Positions 16,199 to 24,236 of a stretch of DNA of 64,000 nucleotides are shown piece by piece. The translations under genes and the position numbers were made by a program. This DNA comes from Patescibacteria group bacterium (GTDB lineage: Bacteria; Patescibacteriota; JABMPQ01), in assembly GCA_041749335.1 (NCBI GenBank), contig JBGTBM010000010.1, forward strand, positions 68,533-132,532. Reading direction: 5' to 3'. The notes beneath the pieces were generated by a model. That model worked only from the letters and a program-made list of their open reading frames with translations. It searched no databases and had not been told where the DNA came from. The number at the start of each line of letters is the position of its first letter. Within the stretch, counting starts at the first letter, position 1.

Positions 16199-17302
16199 TT
16201 ATCGGCCCTGTAAAAATCGTTTTTCCTTGAAAATTAAATATATTGCTAATATAGACATAAAAACCACCAATGTCAATAATGAAATTAATTTACTTTTTCC
16301 TTCTGTGTATAAGGCCACTGTTCCAAAAATAGCGCTAACTAGATATAAAAATATTACTGCTTGCTTATGGGTAAATCCGATTTCCAATAAACGATGGTGT
16401 AAATGTTTTTTATCCGCGCTATGAAAGGGAGATTTTTTGTACCGTAATCTGCGCAAAATTACCCATGCAACATCCAACACCGGAATTCCTAATATTAATA
16501 AAGCGGTGGCAATTTTTCCTCCGCTGATAATTGCCATAATTCCCAGCATCAAACCCGCATATGAACTTCCCCCTTCACCTAAAAATATTCTAGCGGGATT
16601 AAAATTTAATAACAAAAATCCCAAAAAGGCACCGGCTAATACTATGCATAGAAAAGCAGTTTCTGGTTGCATAACACTCGGTGTCAAGCTTAAAAAAAAT
16701 AAAATGATTGCTCCAATCATTAAAATTCCGGAAACCAGGCCATCTAGTCCGTCTAAAAATTTTGTAGTATACATCATCCCCATTAGCCATAAAAAAGTAA
16801 AGATATCCGCTATGGGCGTAAAATAATATGGAATATTATTATATTCAAATAATTTAATATTGATTAAATCAAGCCTAAAAGAATTGCCAAGCGGATTTCT
16901 TAAAAGATCAATGCCGATACCAGATACAATAATCACAACCGACGCCATAATCGGCCATATAATTTGTTTAAGCGGCGATAAATTATATTTATCATCCAGA
17001 TATCCCCCTACCATCAATATCAGTCCGGCAATAGTCATTCCGACAATGTATTTTGGCAACATATAACCTTGATTAAAGTTTTTGTTCAATACAATAAAGG
17101 CAATAACAGTAATAGTAAACGATAAATAAACAGCCGCGCCTCCCAACAGCGGCATCTCTGCTCGATGAATTTTTCTTATCTCGCCAGGCTTATCCACAAT
17201 CCCTTTTTTCTTGGCATAAGGAATTATCTGCTTCGCTATAAAAAAAGCGATTACCACAGCTACAATAAAATAAATTATATATTGTAAATTATATATTGGC
17301 AT
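16199..17302 (-). CDS. Polyprenyl-phosphate N-acetylhexosamine-1-phosphate transferase (MraY/WecA family).
   Basis: 367 aa with about 10 TM helices, an MraY/WecA-like layout, conserved acidic/His patches (LDDKYNL, KKHLHH), and a start codon overlapping the end of the GT2 gene. Confidence 0.75.
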   Translation of the reverse strand: MPIYNLQYIIYFIVAVVIAFFIAKQIIPYAKKKGIVDKPGEIRKIHRAEMPLLGGAAVYLSFTITVIAFIVLNKNFNQGYMLPKYIVGMTIAGLILMVGGYLDDKYNLSPLKQIIWPIMASVVIIVSGIGIDLLRNPLGNSFRLDLINIKLFEYNNIPYYFTPIADIFTFLWLMGMMYTTKFLDGLDGLVSGILMIGAIILFFLSLTPSVMQPETAFLCIVLAGAFLGFLLLNFNPARIFLGEGGSSYAGLMLGIMAIISGGKIATALLILGIPVLDVAWVILRRLRYKKSPFHSADKKHLHHRLLEIGFTHKQAVIFLYLVSAIFGTVALYTEGKSKLISLLTLVVFMSILAIYLIFKEKRFLQGR

Positions 17303-18825
17303 TATTTTGTTTTTCTTACTTTTTCAGTAACCCAAAATCCCATATATTTGCCCAACATTAATCTCGTTTGTGATTCAAAGGCCGGAATAGATCCTAATAA
17401 GATTGTTGTTACAGGTAAAAACAGCCATTGCAATAAAATACTGGCTATTTTTTTGCCCTTTTTCCCATCAGGACGATCCGGCATTATCATAATATTTACC
17501 GTAGCTGATATTATCATACCTAGCATTGCAATCGACATCAAAATTTGCGTCACGGCTGGTAAGCTCTGCGCTAATAATGTTTTAGTAAACTGGTCCCCGC
17601 CCAAAATAAGCGGCAACCACCCCAATAGAAAAATAATAATAGCATTCGTCGCCCAGGAATGGTATCCCTCAAGCGACCAAAATCCAAACTTAATTTTTTT
17701 AACCAAAGAAATTTTTTTATTATTAATAAAATTTAAAAATATATAAGGAACGTCTTCTGCGCCATAAGCCCAGCGTCTTTGCTGCTTATATTGATTAATA
17801 ATGCTTTGTTTATAAGTATCGGCAAGTACCGTATCCATATAGACGGGAATCAAAAGTGGCTCTACCCGATATTCACCATCATAACGCATAAAACACTGCC
17901 AAAAAATATGTGCATCTTCTGAAACCACATCCGTATCCCAAAAACCAATCTCTGCTAATGTTTTAAAGCTCATGCTGTGTGATGAAAAAGTAACTAGCTT
18001 TTCCGGCTTGCTTTGCTCCATCATCATCCAGAAAGTTGTATTCATGGCTACCAACCGCATTAAAATCGGAGAATCCCAAATATTATTAAAAAACATTGGA
18101 ACAGGCTGATAACTAACCTGGTGGGGATTTTTGACTGTCATAAATTTATGCGTCAAAATGCCAAAATATTCTGGATGAACACAGGTATCGATATCAAGAA
18201 CAGATAAAATTATTTTATCATAAGGTATTCCCTGCTGGTCTATAATTTTTTTCGCTTGCTTAACCGCCCAGGTTTCATTTGATCCTTTGCCGGCAATTTC
18301 ACCCACAATATTATCGGGATGCATAGTAATAATAAAATCTCGAAAAATATGGCCATATTTATTCTTAATAATTCTGGCATTATTCATGGCGCGATCACGG
18401 TCGCGTTCTTCCCCGGCAAATACTACGATTATTTTATCATTGGGATAATTGCTTTTTTCTAAAGCTGCAAAAGTCGGTTCAATCACTTCCAAGCCTTCTT
18501 GATAAGTGGGCAAGACCACTAAATGATAGTACTTACCCCAATCTTCATTCTTTTTCACTATTTCGATCCAATCCTGTTTAATATTAAGCTTAAGTTGTTT
18601 ATATGATGATAAAAGATTGATTGCCAAATAAATTGCCTTTATAAACCAATAAATATCAAAACAAATAATAAATATTGCCACCCAGACCGGTTTTAAAAAT
18701 GATAATGATATGCTTAGAATAATTGTCGCCCACGACAAAAAACCCGGCAATATTTCAAAAACACGCCAGATAAGAACTTTGCGCTTTTGTTTAATATTTA
18801 ATCTAAGTATTTCATTAATATTCAT
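17302..18825 (-). CDS. Processive family-2 glycosyltransferase (cellulose/chitin-synthase-like) with N- and C-terminal TM domains.
   Basis: D,D,D pattern (VLDID...), the Q(Q/R)xRW motif QRRRWAYG, and flanking polytopic membrane segments. Confidence 0.8.
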   Translation of the reverse strand: MNINEILRLNIKQKRKVLIWRVFEILPGFLSWATIILSISLSFLKPVWVAIFIICFDIYWFIKAIYLAINLLSSYKQLKLNIKQDWIEIVKKNEDWGKYYHLVVLPTYQEGLEVIEPTFAALEKSNYPNDKIIVVFAGEERDRDRAMNNARIIKNKYGHIFRDFIITMHPDNIVGEIAGKGSNETWAVKQAKKIIDQQGIPYDKIILSVLDIDTCVHPEYFGILTHKFMTVKNPHQVSYQPVPMFFNNIWDSPILMRLVAMNTTFWMMMEQSKPEKLVTFSSHSMSFKTLAEIGFWDTDVVSEDAHIFWQCFMRYDGEYRVEPLLIPVYMDTVLADTYKQSIINQYKQQRRWAYGAEDVPYIFLNFINNKKISLVKKIKFGFWSLEGYHSWATNAIIIFLLGWLPLILGGDQFTKTLLAQSLPAVTQILMSIAMLGMIISATVNIMIMPDRPDGKKGKKIASILLQWLFLPVTTILLGSIPAFESQTRLMLGKYMGFWVTEKVRKTK

Positions 18826-18827
18826 AT

Positions 18828-19205
18828 CTATAGTCCCTGAGTTAAAACAATGCTACTTACTATCAACATTATTTGAATAATTAAAGCGGCTGTATACATA
18901 ATATAGGAAATAAATTTTTCCTTATTATTAAAAAATATTCCGATTAATATATTTATAAATATGACCAAAATCCCAAAACCAGGAATTATAAATATCTTAT
19001 ACCAATAATCAATAGCATCAATGCCAGTATAAATATTGTAATGCAAAGGAATCGGATAATCACTGGGCTCTACTCGAAAATAAAGAATTAACCAAATCGC
19101 CATATTCGAAAGAATCGCCATTCCTAAAACTATTAAGCTGAATTTGCTTTCCCAAATTTCATTTTTCTTTATTCGTTCTATTAATTTTTCCTTGTTTATC
19201 AGCAT
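18828..19205 (-). CDS. Small polytopic membrane protein (hypothetical), co-operonic with the GT2 synthase.
   Basis: 125 aa with 3-4 TM helices. Confidence 0.45.
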   Translation of the reverse strand: MLINKEKLIERIKKNEIWESKFSLIVLGMAILSNMAIWLILYFRVEPSDYPIPLHYNIYTGIDAIDYWYKIFIIPGFGILVIFINILIGIFFNNKEKFISYIMYTAALIIQIMLIVSSIVLTQGL

Positions 19206-19210
19206 ATTTA

Positions 19211-20137
19211 CTACTTATAATAAACCCAATTTTCCACTCTTAAATCAATATATTCTACATTATTTAAATTATTTTTCAATTGTTCCTGAATTACAATATT
19301 TAAATCATTCAATTGCGCATCTACAGAACGATCCACGCTTAAAAGCACCATAAAATCTGTATCCGTTTCTAAATGTACTTCTCGTGACAATATCGAGGGC
19401 ACCCAATATTTCTTTACCTCAACTTTAATTTGCTGGGGGAATTTTTCATTTAGTTCTTTTAAAAAACCGATAAAGTTCTGTGTTACCACCTCTTCATTAA
19501 ACTTTGTTTCTTTATTTTCTAAATCATAAATTGCCGGCATTTCACGCTCAACAATACCATCAATGGAAGCTTCACAGCAAATTTTTCCATAATTATCTAT
19601 ATAGTATAAATTTGATCCCGATACCCAGGCGGCCGATATAACTTTTTCTTTTAATTTAATCTTAATTACATCAACCAGTTTTTTTTCAATTTCCAAATCT
19701 TCAAGATAATAATTATCGTCCAAAATTTTTCTCTTTAATTTTTCTTTATCCATTATAAATATATTGTCGGCGGGAAAAATTAAAAAACGCCTATTTTTCT
19801 TAAAATCATCAAAACTTTGTTTTATTTGGTTTTCAGAAACTTCCTTGGCATCAACTAAATTTATTTTTTTTACTCTGAAGTAATAGCTAAAAAACAAAAA
19901 ATAAATTAGCAATGTAATTAAAAGTAAGGCGATAATCATTATGGCATATCTTATAATTACAGAAGATATATCTTTATTTTTACGCATCATCCTGCGCTGC
20001 AGATGAATATTGCTTTTTAAATGCCGCGAAGAATATTTTTTTCTAAATCTAAAAAATCTTTTTTTTCTATTAATAAAATTCCCAGATCCCCCTCGAATAA
20101 AGTTCTTTTTTTTATTTCTTTTAAATAATAATTTCAC
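19211..20137 (-). CDS. ftsQ: Cell-division protein FtsQ/DivIB-like (POTRA domain), N-terminally anchored.
   Basis: Basic N-terminus, a TM helix, then a POTRA-like region (VKKINLVDAKEVSENQIK...) of about 200 aa. The true start may be an internal Met. Confidence 0.55.
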   Translation of the reverse strand: MKLLFKRNKKKNFIRGGSGNFINRKKRFFRFRKKYSSRHLKSNIHLQRRMMRKNKDISSVIIRYAIMIIALLLITLLIYFLFFSYYFRVKKINLVDAKEVSENQIKQSFDDFKKNRRFLIFPADNIFIMDKEKLKRKILDDNYYLEDLEIEKKLVDVIKIKLKEKVISAAWVSGSNLYYIDNYGKICCEASIDGIVEREMPAIYDLENKETKFNEEVVTQNFIGFLKELNEKFPQQIKVEVKKYWVPSILSREVHLETDTDFMVLLSVDRSVDAQLNDLNIVIQEQLKNNLNNVEYIDLRVENWVYYK

Positions 20138-20148
20138 TGTTTTTGTTT

Positions 20149-21321
20149 TTATATAACGATCCTTGGAATTAACGGATTTATACGAGTAATTATTTCATAA
20201 TTTATGGTTCCGGTTTTTTGCGCAACTTCTTCCACGGTAATTTCTTCTTTATTCTGTTTACCCAAAATCACCGCTTCATCTTCTACTATAATATTATTTA
20301 TATTGCTGACATCAATCACCATCATATTCATACACACCCTCCCCAAGACTTTGCATCTTTGGCCTTTAATTAAAATATGGCCGATACTGGATAATTTTCT
20401 ATCATATCCATCCCAATATCCAATGGGAATAATCGCTATTTTAGAGTCCTTGGTGACCTTTTCAGTCAAACCATAACTGACCGACGTCCCGGATTTAATT
20501 TCTTTTATTTGTGCAATTTTAGCCTTCCAAGTTAGAGCCGGCTTGAGATTAAACTTAGCTAATTTATTTTTTATTGATGATTCGCTGCCACTTTGATTTG
20601 ATTTTGCCAAAGCTTGAGTTTCTTTTGACGACCATAATCCGTATTGGCTAATTCCTACGCGCACCATATCGAAATGTGTTTCCGGATAAAGAATAGTAGC
20701 GGCTGAACAAGCTGTATGTTTTAAATTAATATCAATGCCCGACGCTTCAATTTCAGTAACTATTTTATTAAAAGCATCTAATTGTTTTTGGGCGTATGCA
20801 TGATCTGTCGTATCTTCAATATTAGCATAATGAGTAGTCACCCCTTCGATTATTATATTAGCGGTATTTTTGATTATTTCTATTAAATCACTAACCTGAT
20901 TCGGCAAAACTCCTTGGCGTGATGTGCCTGTTTCCAACTTAATATGAACTTTAAATTTATTTTTACTCCTAATTTTACTCATGGCGCGAACAGTTTCGAT
21001 ATTATAAATTACTAAACTGATATCATTATTTAGCGCTTCTTTTAATCTGGAATTTAAGGTATAGCCCAATACCAAAACAGGCAACTTAATGCCTGCCTGC
21101 CTAATTTTTAGAGCTTCATCTACAGAATCCGTTCCAAGCCAATGGGCGCCATTTTTTGCTGCTATTCGCGCTACTTCGATCAATCCATGGCCGTATGCAT
21201 TGGATTTAACGATAGACATCAGCTTCACTTTCTGGCCGATTAACTTCTTAAATTGTTTTATGTTGTAGATAATATTTCTCTGATCAATTTCTACCCATGT
21301 TTTATGTTCTATCCTCGCCAT
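20149..21321 (-). CDS. alr: Alanine racemase.
   Basis: PLP-lysine motif VKSNAYGHG and an alanine-racemase-like C-terminal beta domain. Confidence 0.85.
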   Translation of the reverse strand: MARIEHKTWVEIDQRNIIYNIKQFKKLIGQKVKLMSIVKSNAYGHGLIEVARIAAKNGAHWLGTDSVDEALKIRQAGIKLPVLVLGYTLNSRLKEALNNDISLVIYNIETVRAMSKIRSKNKFKVHIKLETGTSRQGVLPNQVSDLIEIIKNTANIIIEGVTTHYANIEDTTDHAYAQKQLDAFNKIVTEIEASGIDINLKHTACSAATILYPETHFDMVRVGISQYGLWSSKETQALAKSNQSGSESSIKNKLAKFNLKPALTWKAKIAQIKEIKSGTSVSYGLTEKVTKDSKIAIIPIGYWDGYDRKLSSIGHILIKGQRCKVLGRVCMNMMVIDVSNINNIIVEDEAVILGKQNKEEITVEEVAQKTGTINYEIITRINPLIPRIVI

Positions 21322-21347
21322 ATTATATTTTGGATTTAAACTTTTCT

Positions 21348-22661
21348 TTATATAATTTTTTCTATTCCATTCATATATGGTTTTAATTTTTCGGGAATCG
21401 AAACGCTTCCATCTTTATTCTGATAATTTTCAAGAATCGCTATTATGATGCGGCCAACAGCAAAAGCCGTTGCATCATTCATATGTACATATTCATTTTT
21501 ACCATTCGATCTTTTAACGCGGATATTTAATCTGCGTGACTGGTAATCTGTCATTAAATCAGAAGTATGAGTTTCCCGATATTTTTTTTGTCCGGGCAGA
21601 TAACATTCAATGTCTATCTGTCGAGCATCGGGCTTTCCCATGTCCCCGGTACATACATTGACCACCTGGTAAGGAATTTTCAAATCTTGCAACATATATT
21701 CTTGTATGGCAACTAAAAATTCTTGTTCAATTTTGGAATGATCGGATAATGTAAAACTTTCCATCTCCATTTTGTCAAATTGATGCACTCGAAATATTCC
21801 CTTAGTGTCTTTGCCATAACTTCCCGCTTCTCGACGAAAGCTGGTAGCATATCCGATATATCTTATCGGCAGATCTTCTTCACTGATTATTTCATCCATG
21901 TGCATTGAACCGATGGTATGTTCAGCGCTGCCGACTAAATACAAATCATCGCTTTTAATGTAATATCTTTCATCCTCGTCTTCTTTCGATAATCGTGCCA
22001 TTTTGCTAAATACTTCAGGCTTTAACACTACCGGTGGAAATATCGGGATAAATGTTTTTGCGCTATAACCCCTTTTAACGCTTTCGGCGACTTTATTAAT
22101 TATTTTTTCAGATGTAAGAGTTTCGAAAGTATACTTTATTAATGCTGTCTGCAACATGGCAGCCGCCCCCTTAATATATGCAAACCTGGCGCCTGTCACT
22201 TTGGCGGCTCTTTTTAAGTCAATAATATTTAAATCCTCACCCAACTGAACATGATCTTTGACTTGAAAATCGAATAGCTTAATTTTCCCCTGCTTCCGTA
22301 CTACCTGATTGCCACTTTCATCCGGACCAACTGGCACATCTGGTAGGCATATATTAGGCAAACTATACATAAGCTTATTGTATTTATTTTCGACCTTTTC
22401 TAAAACCGGCGCTAATTCGCTTATGCGCTGAGCTATCTCCTTAGTTTCCGTAATTTTTTTAATTTTTTCTTGACCGGAGCTTTTTGCAATAAACTGGCTG
22501 GCCTTATTTTGTTCTGCACGCAAATCTTCTACTTTTTTTAGCAACACTCTCCTTTTTTTATCTAACTTTAAAATCTGATCAACATTCACTTTCATATTGC
22601 GTTCTTTGAGAGTTTTCCTAATTAGTTCCGGATTTTTTCTGATTAAATTAATATCTAACAT
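21348..22661 (-). CDS. serS: Seryl-tRNA synthetase.
   Basis: N-terminal coiled-coil arm, class II motifs (FRRE, GxGxGxxR-like), and a length of 437 aa. Confidence 0.9.
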   Translation of the reverse strand: MLDINLIRKNPELIRKTLKERNMKVNVDQILKLDKKRRVLLKKVEDLRAEQNKASQFIAKSSGQEKIKKITETKEIAQRISELAPVLEKVENKYNKLMYSLPNICLPDVPVGPDESGNQVVRKQGKIKLFDFQVKDHVQLGEDLNIIDLKRAAKVTGARFAYIKGAAAMLQTALIKYTFETLTSEKIINKVAESVKRGYSAKTFIPIFPPVVLKPEVFSKMARLSKEDEDERYYIKSDDLYLVGSAEHTIGSMHMDEIISEEDLPIRYIGYATSFRREAGSYGKDTKGIFRVHQFDKMEMESFTLSDHSKIEQEFLVAIQEYMLQDLKIPYQVVNVCTGDMGKPDARQIDIECYLPGQKKYRETHTSDLMTDYQSRRLNIRVKRSNGKNEYVHMNDATAFAVGRIIIAILENYQNKDGSVSIPEKLKPYMNGIEKII

Positions 22662-22672
22662 TTAATGTTATT

Positions 22673-23827
22673 TTATTTCCTTTTAGCAAAATAAGCGCGC
22701 AACGACATAAATATCACTCCTATTCCAAAAACAGTCACTATTATTTTAATTATAAATCCTGCAATTGGAATAACGCATAATATCCCGATTATTGCGGTTC
22801 CGATTACTACCGACCACAATAAACTCACTTCTTTCTTTTTAGATATTTTAGCTAATAAGCTTTTCCCCACCCATAAGCCAACTATTACCTTAGCTAAATA
22901 GATCGAAATGCCATATATTGATATCAAAATCATAGCAAGCGGAATCCCAATTATAGTGATTAATATTAACAAGGCCAGTACTGGAACAATAATACAAATT
23001 ATTATTCCCCACAGAATACTGTTTCCCGGATCTCCGGCCAACCGATCAGTAATTTTTCTTATTTCTTTTGGAAATATTAATATTAGTATAATCCCCGATA
23101 ACATTAAGCTAATAATCTTTATCAAAAACCACATAATTGAAGTAGTAAGGCTAACAGCCCAAAAACCATCTTTTTTCTGATAATATTCCCTAGGTTCGGT
23201 TTTGGTCCAATCCACTAAGCCGTTAATATCGGCGCTTGTATTTATTTCGGCTTCCTCTGGAGAAGAGTATGATATTCCTCCTCCAATTTTTACATTTGGT
23301 CCGATAATCAACTTATCAAATTCACCTTTTAGATCTCCATCAATATTATTGGTAATCTTTAATTGGCCTGCTTTACCCACCACGTCTCCAGCTACTTTTC
23401 CATCCAAATATACCATTCCTCCATATACCCTTAAGTCTCTGCCAATTTCCACGTTATCTGAAACATAGACATTTCCTCCGACAATAAACGCGTTATCTTT
23501 AATTTTTCCCTCAATATTTACTTGCCCGCCCGCGGCATAAATATCATCACCGATATTTCCCCTAACGATAATTTGGCTTCCTACAGATGTTACATCTCCA
23601 TTTACTGATCCATTAATTTCAACTATGCTTCCCATTGCCTTTATGTCGCCGTTTAATTGTCCGTTTATGCGAACATTAGCGCCAACTACCAATAAATCAT
23701 CATTAACTACTACGCCCTTATCGATTTCAATAATCTCTCCCATTTGGACCTCAAACGCGTAGGCTGAAATTGGAAAAATCAAAAAGCCCAGGACAACGAG
23801 CAAGAAAGTTTTAGTTTTTTTCATCAT
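22673..23827 (-). CDS. Secreted bactofilin-like beta-helical repeat protein with a C-terminal polytopic membrane domain (hypothetical).
   Basis: A signal peptide, about 8 tandem (V/I)xGxVxGD(V/I) repeats typical of bactofilin/DUF583 beta-helices, then about 4 TM helices at the C-terminus. Confidence 0.5.
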   Translation of the reverse strand: MMKKTKTFLLVVLGFLIFPISAYAFEVQMGEIIEIDKGVVVNDDLLVVGANVRINGQLNGDIKAMGSIVEINGSVNGDVTSVGSQIIVRGNIGDDIYAAGGQVNIEGKIKDNAFIVGGNVYVSDNVEIGRDLRVYGGMVYLDGKVAGDVVGKAGQLKITNNIDGDLKGEFDKLIIGPNVKIGGGISYSSPEEAEINTSADINGLVDWTKTEPREYYQKKDGFWAVSLTTSIMWFLIKIISLMLSGIILILIFPKEIRKITDRLAGDPGNSILWGIIICIIVPVLALLILITIIGIPLAMILISIYGISIYLAKVIVGLWVGKSLLAKISKKKEVSLLWSVVIGTAIIGILCVIPIAGFIIKIIVTVFGIGVIFMSLRAYFAKRK

Positions 23828-24234
23828 TTTTTTATTTTATTTTTTATTATTGAAGATTTATATCTAAGGGGGTAATAAGATCCAATTTTTATTATTTTTA
23901 TTTTTTCTTCGCTATTTTTTATAAATTGTTTTAACTCAAAAATAAAATATTTTTGATCATAACCCAGAGCTATTATATCAGGTTTTTCCACTTTAATACA
24001 TTTAAAAATATCCACTAAATCTCCCAGTATTATTTTATCGGCTATATGTGTTTTTTTTATCTGATTAATCCTGTGTTTATAATTATATAATGGACTTTTC
24101 CCTTTTAGCCTGGTGACATTTTCATCCCTAGCAACGACCGCTACAAGCTTATTACCTAATTTTTTTGCCTCTTTTAAAAAATATATATGTCCCCGGTGTA
24201 GAATGTCAAATGTGCCAAAAACCATTACTTTCAT
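23824..24234 (-). CDS. Cytidylyltransferase-fold nucleotidyltransferase, most similar to archaeal-type FAD synthetase RibL (FMN adenylyltransferase).
   Basis: FGTFDILHRGH (HxGH), VARDENV, and PDIIALGYDQ. The start overlaps the downstream gene and the stop abuts lysS. Confidence 0.55.
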   Translation of the reverse strand: MKVMVFGTFDILHRGHIYFLKEAKKLGNKLVAVVARDENVTRLKGKSPLYNYKHRINQIKKTHIADKIILGDLVDIFKCIKVEKPDIIALGYDQKYFIFELKQFIKNSEEKIKIIKIGSYYPLRYKSSIIKNKIKK

Positions 24235-24236
24235 AT

